DNA of 64,000 nucleotides from contig SVAK01000004.1 of assembly GCA_015059445.1 (NCBI GenBank), forward strand, positions 13,551-77,550, given 5' to 3'. Below are positions 55,961 to 64,000 of the stretch, piece by piece (positions within the stretch are counted from its first letter, which is position 1; each line of letters starts with the position of its first letter). The notes beneath the pieces are model-generated. The model saw only the letters and a program-made list of their open reading frames with translations, was not told the origin of the DNA and ran no database searches. The position numbers were made by a program, and so were the translations under genes. The stretch is from Bacillota bacterium. Its GTDB lineage: Bacteria; Bacillota_I; Bacilli_A; RF39; UBA660.

Positions 55961-57310
55961 GTGGAAAAAGAGAATATTTTAGCAGAAGAAGTTAAAGCTA
56001 AAAGTGGCTATACGATTTCGTTGGTTATTGTAGCATGTATAATATTGTTATTAATTGGGGTTGGTTGTTATTTTTATTTAAATTTTGGCGAATCGAGAAA
56101 CCCCTACATTAATATAATTGATTTATTATCTAATGAAGTTATCGAAGTTATAGAAGAATCCGAAAAAAGATTAAACAAACCGCTTCAAAGCGAATCTGAT
56201 GTTTCATTTGAATTAAATAGTGATTCTCCAGAATTTAGTGAGATTGCTAATATTTTAAATAAGCTTAACTTAAAGGTGAACATGCAAGTGGATATGAATT
56301 CAAAAACAGCAAATATGAATTTAGGCGTATTGTATAATAAAGAAAATATGGTTAATGCCGATTTAATTTTAGATAGCACAGATGTTTATGCTAATTTAAA
56401 TGAATTATATGATAAAAAAATCAAAATTAGTGCTGATGGTGTTGAAGAAATTTGTGGAATGTATGATTATGCATCATATAAAATAATAGTAGAAGAATTT
56501 ACCAATATATTAAAAAATAATTTAAAAGAAGAATATTTTGTTTCAAAGAAAGAAACTATTGAAGTTTTGGGAAAAAAAATAAAGGCAACAAAACATTCGA
56601 TGACATTGAATGGTGTTGACATTTATGATTTGGAGCAACGCATATTAAGTGAGATTGAAACAAAAGAAAATTTAATGGAAGCATTAGTTAATGTAAGTGG
56701 CATGACTGCAGAAGAAATTAAAGATTCTTTAGCAACTGCAAAAGAAGAACTTATAGTAGATGAAAATAAAATAATAGTTTTTGAAATTTATCTTAATAGA
56801 AGGAATGTAGAAAAATTTTCGGTTAAAGAAGATGAAGAAGAATTGTTATCGTTAAATAAATTAAAAGAAAATGAGTTTGAAATATTAATAAAAGAAGATG
56901 AAGAAATTATTTCTCTTGGCAGCGTTATATTAAATGATGACGAAATTAAATTGGTAATTGACTACGAAGAGTTGTCGATTACTTGTGAAAAGTCTGATAC
57001 GTCAGCTTATTTAAAAGCAGAAGCAGAAGACAATGTTGTAGAGATCAAAACGAATATAAATGATAATAATGTAAATGGTTATATTAGAATAGTAAGCACA
57101 GCAGATGATATGGATTTAAAAGTTAATTTCAAGAATGGTGTTAAAGAAATAGATCAAGTTGATAGTGTGAATGTTAATAATTATATTGAGTTAGAACAAA
57201 TGACAGATGATGATTATACTTCAATTATGGAAGCATTATATCAAAATAATGCAGTAATGACATTAATGCAAGATGTAATGTCGTCGAGTATATTGAATAA
57301 CACTTATTAA
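55961..57310 (+). CDS. Membrane-anchored acidic hypothetical protein (~450 aa)
   Basis: One N-terminal TM (ISLVIVACIILLLIGVGCYFYL), then a Glu/Asp/Asn-rich extracytoplasmic region. Start uncertain (GTG 55961 after AGGTGG, or GTG 55940). Confidence 0.6.
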   Translation: MEKENILAEEVKAKSGYTISLVIVACIILLLIGVGCYFYLNFGESRNPYINIIDLLSNEVIEVIEESEKRLNKPLQSESDVSFELNSDSPEFSEIANILNKLNLKVNMQVDMNSKTANMNLGVLYNKENMVNADLILDSTDVYANLNELYDKKIKISADGVEEICGMYDYASYKIIVEEFTNILKNNLKEEYFVSKKETIEVLGKKIKATKHSMTLNGVDIYDLEQRILSEIETKENLMEALVNVSGMTAEEIKDSLATAKEELIVDENKIIVFEIYLNRRNVEKFSVKEDEEELLSLNKLKENEFEILIKEDEEIISLGSVILNDDEIKLVIDYEELSITCEKSDTSAYLKAEAEDNVVEIKTNINDNNVNGYIRIVSTADDMDLKVNFKNGVKEIDQVDSVNVNNYIELEQMTDDDYTSIMEALYQNNAVMTLMQDVMSSSILNNTY

Positions 57311-57346
57311 AAAATTTCGTATATTTACGGAATTTTTCTTTTTTAA
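57311..57346 (+). terminator. Rho-independent terminator before the S10 operon
   Basis: AAAATTTCGT-atattt-ACGGAATTTT followed by a T-rich tail. Confidence 0.55.
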
Positions 57347-57362
57347 AAAAGTAATTTTAGTC

Positions 57363-57392
57363 TTGCAAATCATATAATTAGTATGTTATAAT
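57363..57392 (+). promoter_or_regulatory. Sigma-A promoter of the S10 ribosomal protein operon (TTGCAA-18-TATAAT, extended TG)
   Basis: TTGCAA at 57363-57368 and TGTTATAAT ending at 57392. Confidence 0.5.
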
Positions 57393-57526
57393 CATATTCG
57401 TATGACTGCGAAGATACGCGAGGTTGCTGATACACTAGGGAAAGTTGGTAAATGTTTTTCTAGTTAACCCAGGTAATTCGGGTGGAGCAAGTCTATACTA
57501 GATATAGGCGAAAGGAGGACATAGAA

Positions 57527-57835
57527 ATGTCAAATAGTAAAGTAAGAATCAACTTAAAAGCTTACGACCATAGGTTATTAGATGTGGCTGCAAGTAAAAT
57601 TGTTGAAACTGTAAAAAGAACTGGTGGAGAAGTTTCTGGTCCAGTACCGCTTCCGACTGAAATAGAGAAGTTTACTGTGCTAAGAGCTGTACACAAATAT
57701 AAGGATTCTCGTGAACAATTCGAAAGAAGAACTCATAAGAGACTAATTGATATTAAAAATCCTAGCAAGGAAACAATTGATGCTTTAACTCATTTAGATT
57801 TACCAAGCGGAGTTGACATCGAAATTAAATTATAA
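57527..57835 (+). CDS. rpsJ: 30S ribosomal protein S10
   Basis: [19 protein letters not shown]... ATG after an AAAGGAGG SD. The track ORF starts further upstream at a GTG. Confidence 0.96.
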   Translation: MSNSKVRINLKAYDHRLLDVAASKIVETVKRTGGEVSGPVPLPTEIEKFTVLRAVHKYKDSREQFERRTHKRLIDIKNPSKETIDALTHLDLPSGVDIEIKL

Positions 57836-57858
57836 TAATAAAAGGAAGGAAAAACAAA

Positions 57859-58623
57859 ATGAAAGGAATCTTAGGACGCAAAGTTGGGATGACTCAAGTA
57901 TTTACTAAAGATGGCAAATTAATTCCTGTAACAGTTGTTAGTTGCGAGCCAAATGTAGTAATGCAAGTTAAGACTGTTGAAAAAGATGGTTATAATGCTA
58001 TCCAACTAGGCGTATTCGACAAAAAACAAAACCGTGCTAATAAGGCTGAAATTGGCCATGCACAAAAAGCAAACACTACTCCTAAGCGCTTCTTAAAAGA
58101 AATCAAAGATGCTGCCGGAACTTACAATGTAGGGGATAAAGTTGGAGTAGACATTTTCGAAGTGGGTGAAGTTGTTGATGTAACTGGCACTTCAAAAGGT
58201 AAAGGAACACAAGGCGTTATTAAAAGACATAATCAATCTCGTGGTCCGATGGGACATGGTTCACATTATCATAGAGGACCAGGTTCAATGGGTACAATGT
58301 TACCTAAAAGAGTATTAAAGGGCAAAAAGCTTCCAGGACATATGGGGGTTGATACTGTAACAATTCAAAACTTAGAAATAATTGAAACTAATGCAGTTGA
58401 AAATTATATCTTAGTAAGTGGCAATATTCCAGGTGCTAAAAATTCTTTAGTTTATATTAAAGAGGCAGTTAAGAATTCTCGTAAAAGTGATGCAAAGGAA
58501 ATAATCGCTTATGAAGAAGAAACTGTTGTAGATGCTGTTGAAGCTGTAGAAGAAGTTGCAGAAACTGCTGAAGCAGAAGAAGTGGTTGAAACTAAAGTAG
58601 AAACTCCGGAAGAAAGCAAATAG
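57859..58623 (+). CDS. rplC: 50S ribosomal protein L3 with a ~45-aa acidic C-terminal extension
   Basis: [15 protein letters not shown]...[12 protein letters not shown]. Confidence 0.96.
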   Translation: MKGILGRKVGMTQVFTKDGKLIPVTVVSCEPNVVMQVKTVEKDGYNAIQLGVFDKKQNRANKAEIGHAQKANTTPKRFLKEIKDAAGTYNVGDKVGVDIFEVGEVVDVTGTSKGKGTQGVIKRHNQSRGPMGHGSHYHRGPGSMGTMLPKRVLKGKKLPGHMGVDTVTIQNLEIIETNAVENYILVSGNIPGAKNSLVYIKEAVKNSRKSDAKEIIAYEEETVVDAVEAVEEVAETAEAEEVVETKVETPEESK

Positions 58624-58642
58624 GCTTTAGAAAGGAAATAAT

Positions 58643-59266
58643 ATGACAAAGATAAGTGTTAAAAATATAAAAGGCGAAACTGTTAAAGATATTAATCTTG
58701 ATAGCAAAATCTGGAATATCGAAGTTAATGACGATGCTTTAAAGAAAATGATTAGATTACAACTTGATAGTATGCGTCAAGGAACTCGTAAAACTAAAAC
58801 AAGAAGCGAGGTATCTGGTGGTGGAAGAAAACCATGGAAACAAAAAGGTACTGGACGTGCTCGTCAAGGTAGTATAAGAGCTACTCAATGGCGCGGAGGT
58901 GGAATTGCGTTTGGAGTAAATCCTAGAAATTTCACATTTAAGATTAACAAGAAAGAAAGAGTATTAGCATTAAAAACAGCTTTAACTTATAAAAATGTTG
59001 AAAAAGCTTTAGTTGTTTTAGATAGTGTTAAATTAGATACTCTTAAAACTAAAGAAATTGTTAACATTTTAAATACTTTAGAATTAAATGGAAAAATTTT
59101 ATTTATAACTAAAGAAGAAAATGAAAACTTATATATGGCTACAAGAAATTTGGGTAATGTACTAGTTCTTATGGCTGATGAAATTAATTGCTACGACATA
59201 GTTAATGCTGATGTACTTGTTGCAGAAGAAGAAGCAATTAAGACTATTGAGGAGGTGCTTAAATAA
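58643..59266 (+). CDS. rplD: 50S ribosomal protein L4
   Basis: ...[33 protein letters not shown]... Confidence 0.96.
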   Translation: MTKISVKNIKGETVKDINLDSKIWNIEVNDDALKKMIRLQLDSMRQGTRKTKTRSEVSGGGRKPWKQKGTGRARQGSIRATQWRGGGIAFGVNPRNFTFKINKKERVLALKTALTYKNVEKALVVLDSVKLDTLKTKEIVNILNTLELNGKILFITKEENENLYMATRNLGNVLVLMADEINCYDIVNADVLVAEEEAIKTIEEVLK

Positions 59267-59541
59267 TGAAACATTACAGTGATATTATTATGGCGCCAGT
59301 TATTACTGAAAAATCTATGGCTGATAGACAAAACAACGTTTATACATTTAAAGTTGCAAAAGATGCTACTAAAGATGAAATTAAATTTGCTGTAGAAGAA
59401 GCATTTAAAGTTAGTGTTAAGAAAGTTAATACATTAAATACAAAAGCTAAAAGACGTAGAGTTGGAAAATACGCAGGAAAGACTAAAACTTACAAAAAAG
59501 CAATAGTTACTCTTGCTGAAGGCTCTTCAATAGATTTATAG
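59266..59541 (+). CDS. rplW: 50S ribosomal protein L23
   Basis: Operon position and ...PVITEKS...YTFKV.... Confidence 0.95.
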   Translation: MKHYSDIIMAPVITEKSMADRQNNVYTFKVAKDATKDEIKFAVEEAFKVSVKKVNTLNTKAKRRRVGKYAGKTKTYKKAIVTLAEGSSIDL

Positions 59542-59554
59542 GAGGAAATAAAAT

Positions 59555-60388
59555 ATGGCAATAAAACATTATAAACCTACGACGAATGGACGTAGAGGGA
59601 TGACTACTCTTCAAAATGAAGAAATTACTATTAAAAATGCTCCTACTAAATCATTACTAAAAAAAGTAAATAAAACTGGTGGAAGAAATAATCAAGGTAA
59701 GATGACTGTTCGTCACGTTGGTGGTGGAGAGAAAAGAAAATATCGTGTTATTGATTTCAAAAGAAATAAAGTTGGAGTTACAGGTCGTGTAGCAACAATT
59801 GAATACGATCCAAATAGAAATGCAAATATTGCATTGATTAATTATCGTGACGGAGAAAAAAGATATATTATTTCTCCAAGCGGTTTAAAAGTAAATATGA
59901 TTATTGAAAATGGTGAAAATGCCGACATTAAAGTTGGAAATGCATTACCACTTCAAAATATACCTGTTGGTACTATGGTTCATTGTATTGAATTAAAACC
60001 TGGTAAAGGTGCAGAGTTATGTCGTGCTGCAGGTACTAGCGCACAAATTCTTGGAAGAGAAGGAAAATATGTGTTAGTAAGATTACAATCTGGGGAAACT
60101 AGAAAAATATTAGGAACTTGTATTGCAACAATAGGTGTTGTTGGAAATGAAGATGCTAACTTAGTTAATTTAGGTAAAGCTGGACGTAAACGTCATATGG
60201 GTGTTAGACCTACTAATAGAGGTAGCGTAATGAACCCTAACGATCACCCTCATGGTGGTGGAGAAGGACGTGCGCCTATTGGTCGTAAGAGTCCTATGAC
60301 TCCTTGGGGTAAACCTGCCCTTGGTCATAAAACTCGTAAATCTAAAAAAGCTTCTGAAAAATTAATTGTAAGTAGGAAGAGTAAATAG
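59555..60388 (+). CDS. rplB: 50S ribosomal protein L2
   Basis: [16 protein letters not shown]...[13 protein letters not shown]. Confidence 0.97.
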   Translation: MAIKHYKPTTNGRRGMTTLQNEEITIKNAPTKSLLKKVNKTGGRNNQGKMTVRHVGGGEKRKYRVIDFKRNKVGVTGRVATIEYDPNRNANIALINYRDGEKRYIISPSGLKVNMIIENGENADIKVGNALPLQNIPVGTMVHCIELKPGKGAELCRAAGTSAQILGREGKYVLVRLQSGETRKILGTCIATIGVVGNEDANLVNLGKAGRKRHMGVRPTNRGSVMNPNDHPHGGGEGRAPIGRKSPMTPWGKPALGHKTRKSKKASEKLIVSRKSK

Positions 60389-60397
60389 GAGGATAAT

Positions 60398-60664
60398 ATG
60401 GCAAGAAGTTTAAAAAAAGGACCTTATGTTGAAGAATCATTATTAAAAAAGGTTCAAAAATTAAATTCAGAAAATAAAAAGACAGTTATTAAAACTTGGT
60501 CAAGAAGAAGTACTATTTATCCTGATTTTGTAGGACATACAATAGCAGTTCATAATGGTAAAGATTTTATACCAGTTTATATAACAGAAGAAATGGTTGG
60601 TCATAAACTAGGTGAGTTTGCATTAACTCGTAAGTTTACTGGTCATGCTGGTGGAGGTAAATAA
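60398..60664 (+). CDS. rpsS: 30S ribosomal protein S19
   Basis: [11 protein letters not shown]...[15 protein letters not shown]. Confidence 0.97.
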   Translation: MARSLKKGPYVEESLLKKVQKLNSENKKTVIKTWSRRSTIYPDFVGHTIAVHNGKDFIPVYITEEMVGHKLGEFALTRKFTGHAGGGK

Positions 60665-61020
60665 TGGAAGCTTATGCAATACATAAAGGTGCTATAATTA
60701 AACCTCGTCTAGCTAGAATGACAATGGATCTAGTTAGAGGTAAAGATGTAGCAATGGCAAGAAATATACTTGAAACCACTAATACAAAGGCAAGTAGATT
60801 AATACTTAAAGTATTAAATTCTGCTGTAGCTAATGCAGTTAACAATAACGGATGCAAAGAAGATGAATTAGTAATTAAAGAGTGTTTCGTGAATCCTGGA
60901 ACAGTTCTTAAAAGAATTCAATTTGCAAGCCGCGGTAATGTTGATAGACATGATAAAAGAACAAGCCATATCAAAGTAGTTGTTACTGATAATAAAGTTA
61001 TGGAAGGAGAAAACGCGTAA
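60664..61020 (+). CDS. rplV: 50S ribosomal protein L22
   Basis: Operon position and ...[13 protein letters not shown].... Confidence 0.95.
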   Translation: MEAYAIHKGAIIKPRLARMTMDLVRGKDVAMARNILETTNTKASRLILKVLNSAVANAVNNNGCKEDELVIKECFVNPGTVLKRIQFASRGNVDRHDKRTSHIKVVVTDNKVMEGENA

Positions 61021-61700
61021 TGGGACAAAAAGTTAATCCTGTCGGATACCGTTTAGGTGTTAATAAAGACTGGGAATCACGTTGGTATGCTAAAGGGGAT
61101 TATGCTGATAAATTAAATAAAGATATCAAAATTCGTGAATATATCTTAACTAACCTAAAAGATGCAGCAATCTCTTCTGTAATTATTGAAAGAAAGAAAA
61201 ATAGAGCAGATGTTACAATTAGAACTGCTAAACCAGGTGTTATTATTGGTCGCGGCGGTGAAGATATCGAAAAACTACGTAAAAAAGTAGCTAAGCTTGT
61301 TAATGAAGAAGTATTTATTAACATTTTAGAAGAAAAAAATCCTAATTTAAATGCTAAATTAGTTGCTGATAATATTGCAATGCAAATTGAAAACAGAGCA
61401 CCATTTAGATCAGCTCAAAAAAGAGCAATAAGGGATACTATGAAGGCTGGAGCTAAAGGTATTAAAACATTAGTATCTGGAAGATTAAATGGTGTTGAAA
61501 TGGCTCGTAGCGAAGGATATACAGAAGGAACAGTTCCTTTACATACTATCAGAGCTGATATAGATTATGCGCAAAGTGAAGCTAATACTACTTATGGAAA
61601 AATTGGGGTTAAGGTATGGATTTATAAAGATGAAATCTTACCAGCAAAAAGATTAAACAAAAAGGAGGCGACTAACCATGTTGATGCCAAAAAGGACTAA
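61020..61700 (+). CDS. rpsC: 30S ribosomal protein S3
   Basis: [13 protein letters not shown]...KH domain [11 protein letters not shown]. Confidence 0.97.
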   Translation: MGQKVNPVGYRLGVNKDWESRWYAKGDYADKLNKDIKIREYILTNLKDAAISSVIIERKKNRADVTIRTAKPGVIIGRGGEDIEKLRKKVAKLVNEEVFINILEEKNPNLNAKLVADNIAMQIENRAPFRSAQKRAIRDTMKAGAKGIKTLVSGRLNGVEMARSEGYTEGTVPLHTIRADIDYAQSEANTTYGKIGVKVWIYKDEILPAKRLNKKEATNHVDAKKD

Positions 61701-62091
61701 ATATAGAAAGTCGCATAGATTAACATATGATGGTCGTGCAAAAGGAAATACTACTGTAACAAAAGGTGAGTTTGGACTTTTAGCATGTGAAGGTGCTTGG
61801 ATAAGTGCTCGCCAAATTGAAGCTGCTCGTATTGCGATGACTCGTTATATGAAACGTGGAGGAAAAGTTTATATTAACATTTTCCCTCATCTACCTTTAA
61901 CTAAAAAACCTTTAGAAACACGTCAAGGTAAAGGTAAAGGTGGCGTAGAACAATATGTTGCCGTAGTTAAAGAAGGTAAAATTATGTTTGAAATTAGTGA
62001 TGTTGATGAAGCAATTGCTAGAGAAGCATTTAGACTTGCTTCACACAAATTACCAATCAAATGTAAATTTGTTAAGAAGGATGGTGAATAA
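61678..62091 (+). CDS. rplP: 50S ribosomal protein L16
   Basis: [13 protein letters not shown].... Confidence 0.97.
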   Translation: MLMPKRTKYRKSHRLTYDGRAKGNTTVTKGEFGLLACEGAWISARQIEAARIAMTRYMKRGGKVYINIFPHLPLTKKPLETRQGKGKGGVEQYVAVVKEGKIMFEISDVDEAIAREAFRLASHKLPIKCKFVKKDGE

Positions 62092-62093
62092 TA

Positions 62094-62297
62094 GTGGATA
62101 TTAAAGAAATTAGAAAGTTATCTGATACAGATTTAAAAACTAAAATTAGAGAAACTAAAGAAGAATTATTCACAAAAAGAATGCAACAAGCGAATGGTAC
62201 ATTAGAAAAACCAACAGAACTTAGAACACTAAGAAAAAATGTTGCAAAAATGAAAACTATCTTAAAAGAAAGAGAATTAGACGGAGGTAATAAATAA
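62094..62297 (+). CDS. rpmC: 50S ribosomal protein L29
   Basis: Operon position and [24 protein letters not shown] start. Confidence 0.93.
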   Translation: MDIKEIRKLSDTDLKTKIRETKEELFTKRMQQANGTLEKPTELRTLRKNVAKMKTILKERELDGGNK

Positions 62298-62554
62298 TGG
62301 CTAAAAGAGTTCAAGAATTAATTGGTAAAGTTGTAAGTAATAAATGCGATAAGACTATAACTGTTTTAGTTGAAACTTACAAACGTCATCCTTTATACAA
62401 TAAACGTGTTAAGTATTCTAAAAAGTATGCTGCACATGATGTAAATAACGAAGCTAATATAGGAGATACAGTTAGAATAAGAATGACTAAGCCTATTTCT
62501 AGAACAAAGAAATACGAATTAGTTGAAGTTATTCAAAAAGCTGTTATTCTTTAG
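62297..62554 (+). CDS. rpsQ: 30S ribosomal protein S17
   Basis: ...[17 protein letters not shown]...HPLYNKR.... Confidence 0.96.
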   Translation: MAKRVQELIGKVVSNKCDKTITVLVETYKRHPLYNKRVKYSKKYAAHDVNNEANIGDTVRIRMTKPISRTKKYELVEVIQKAVIL

Positions 62555-62566
62555 GAGGTATAACTT

Positions 62567-62935
62567 ATGGTAATGCAAGAAACAAGATTAAAAGTTGCTG
62601 ACAATACTGGCGCTCGTGAATTATTAGTAATTAAAGTATTGGGCGGAAGTAAAGTTAAAAGCGGAAACATTGGTGATGTTGTCGTTGGAACTGTTAAAAA
62701 AGCTATTCCAAATAGTAATATGCCTAAAGGAAAAGTAGTAAAAGCAGTTATAGTAAGAACTGTTGAAGGCGTTCGTCGTAATGATGGGTCTTATATTAAA
62801 TTTGATGATAATGCTTGCGTAATAATTAAAGATGATAAGTCTCCAATTGGTACAAGAGTATTAGGACCAGTAGCTAGAGAATTAAGAGAAAAAGATTACA
62901 TGAAGATTATATCTTTAGCTCCTGAGGTTTTATAG
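62567..62935 (+). CDS. rplN: 50S ribosomal protein L14
   Basis: [16 protein letters not shown].... Confidence 0.97.
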   Translation: MVMQETRLKVADNTGARELLVIKVLGGSKVKSGNIGDVVVGTVKKAIPNSNMPKGKVVKAVIVRTVEGVRRNDGSYIKFDDNACVIIKDDKSPIGTRVLGPVARELREKDYMKIISLAPEVL

Positions 62936-62943
62936 GAGGAAAT

Positions 62944-63207
62944 ATGAAAATAAAAGTAAATGACAATGTTTTAGTTATTGCTGGTAAAGATAAAGGTAAA
63001 ACTGGTAAAGTACTTAAAACTTTAAGAGATTTAGATAAAGTTGTTGTTGAAGGTATAAATATTTCTAAAAGACATACAAAACCTAGAACAAATAATGATA
63101 AGGGTGGTATTTTTGAAATTGAAATGCCAATTCATGTATCAAATGTAAAAAAAGTAGAAGAAGCTAAAAAAGAAGCAAAGAAATCTACAAAGAAAGCTAG
63201 TAAGTAG
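62944..63207 (+). CDS. rplX: 50S ribosomal protein L24
   Basis: [25 protein letters not shown] (KOW motif). Confidence 0.95.
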   Translation: MKIKVNDNVLVIAGKDKGKTGKVLKTLRDLDKVVVEGINISKRHTKPRTNNDKGGIFEIEMPIHVSNVKKVEEAKKEAKKSTKKASK

Positions 63208-63215
63208 GTGAATTT

Positions 63216-63755
63216 ATGAGTAATTTTAAAGAACTATATGAATCAAAAATTAAAATTGATTTAATGAAAGAATTTAATTACAAAAGTGTAATGCAAGTTC
63301 CTAAATTAGAAAAAATTGTTATTAATATGGGTGTTGGTGAAGGATGTCATGATGACAAATTTATTGATGCTGCTCAAAAAGATTTAGAATTAATAGCTGG
63401 TCAAAAGGCTGTTGTAACTAAAGCTCGTAAATCAATCGCTGGTTTTAAATTAAGAGAAGGACAACCTGTTGGTGTTAAAGTAACATTAAGAGGAGAAAAC
63501 ATGTATAATTTCATGGAAAAATTAATTAAAATTAGTATCCCTCGTATAAGAGATTTCCGTGGTATAAACGCTAATGCCTTTGACGGTCATGGGAACTATA
63601 CATTGGGTATTAAAGAACAACTAATTTTTCCAGAAATAGAATATGATAATGTTTATAAAATTCGTGGTATGGATATTGTAATCGTTACTACAGCAAATAG
63701 TAATGACGAGGCTCGTGCATTACTAAAGGCATTTGGAATGCCATTTAAAGGTTAG
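63216..63755 (+). CDS. rplE: 50S ribosomal protein L5
   Basis: ...[17 protein letters not shown]...RDFRG.... Confidence 0.97.
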   Translation: MSNFKELYESKIKIDLMKEFNYKSVMQVPKLEKIVINMGVGEGCHDDKFIDAAQKDLELIAGQKAVVTKARKSIAGFKLREGQPVGVKVTLRGENMYNFMEKLIKISIPRIRDFRGINANAFDGHGNYTLGIKEQLIFPEIEYDNVYKIRGMDIVIVTTANSNDEARALLKAFGMPFKG

Positions 63756-63763
63756 GTGTAAAT

Positions 63764-63949
63764 ATGGCTAAGAAAAGTATGGTAGTTAAAAATAGCAGAA
63801 AACAAAAGTTTTCTACTAGAGAATATACAAGATGTGAAAGATGTGGACGTCCACATGCAGTTCTAAGCAAATTCAAATTATGTCGTATTTGTTTTAGAGA
63901 ATTAGCGAACAGAGGCCAAATACCTGGCGTAAAGAAATCAAGTTGGTAA
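63764..63949 (+). CDS. rpsN: 30S ribosomal protein S14 type Z (zinc-binding, 61 aa)
   Basis: C..C...C..C motif ([24 protein letters not shown]). Confidence 0.96.
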   Translation: MAKKSMVVKNSRKQKFSTREYTRCERCGRPHAVLSKFKLCRICFRELANRGQIPGVKKSSW

Positions 63950-63963
63950 GAAGGAGGAACAAA

Positions 63964-64000
63964 ATGTTTGTACAAGATAAAATAGCAGATATGTTAACTC
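63964..64000 (+). CDS. rpsH: 30S ribosomal protein S8, 5' end only (cut by window edge)
   Basis: ATG after a GGAGG SD. MFVQDKIADMLT matches the S8 N-terminus (..DPIADMLTRIRN). Confidence 0.85.
   Translation, partial: MFVQDKIADMLT

Noticed and set aside
1-64000. A search by eye for rRNA, tRNA, CRISPR repeats, IS/transposase or integrase genes, prophage blocks and toxin-antitoxin pairs.
   Set aside because: I recognised none. The longest non-coding stretches (19527-19909, 28657-29100, 38979-39326, 41600-42210, 45187-45457) are explained by oriC, the parS/NBS/ffs region, the T-box, a decayed ORF and promoters. A tRNAscan/Infernal run would be the decisive check.

Overview
This window is about 64 kb around the replication origin of a very AT-rich (over 70% A+T by eye) endospore-forming Firmicute. 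All gene calls come from my own reading of the translations and from remembered motifs; no searches were run.

Left arm (minus strand): a SpoIIQ-like fragment, spoIID, rpiB, rpmE, an SGNH-like protein, murA, two small membrane ORFs, an mntP/ytaF-like gene, spoIIR, prmC, prfA, a CDF transporter and rpoE (RNAP delta). A class A PBP lies on the plus strand. The minus strand then continues with a Noc-type ParB, rsmG, mnmG, mnmE, jag, yidC, rnpA and rpmH.

Origin: dnaA is flanked on both sides by clusters of DnaA-box-like 9-mers.

Right arm (plus strand): dnaN, a ComK-family gene, recF, gyrB and gyrA. A 440-bp non-coding stretch follows, carrying two parS and two to three Noc-binding-site palindromes. 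After that come a small SRP RNA, tadA, dnaX, ebfC, recR, bofA, holB, ricT, a methyltransferase, pth, mfd, spoVT, a T-box leader with metG, tatD, a decayed ORF, a 3D-domain protein, rsmA, yabG and veg. An orphan membrane gene sits on the minus strand. Next are spoVG, yabP, yabQ, divIC, clpP (minus strand), a TGS/uridine-kinase-like gene, gap, pgk, two orphan genes, spo0A, gpmI and an orphan anchored protein. The window ends with the S10/spc ribosomal protein operon, rpsJ through the start of rpsH.

I recognised no rRNA, tRNA, CRISPR array, transposase or integrase.

Most noteworthy:
1. An uncharacterisable 598-aa + 118-aa gene pair, apparently co-transcribed with pgk, sits where tpiA normally lies. 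It is followed directly by spo0A, inside a split glycolytic cluster.
2. A parS/NBS site cluster occurs alongside a Noc-like ParB that has no N-terminal membrane-targeting extension and no adjacent soj-spo0J.
3. A ComK-family gene lies between dnaN and recF with an NBS palindrome just upstream.
4. Several small accessory insertions and two apparent AUU/AUA start codons are present.
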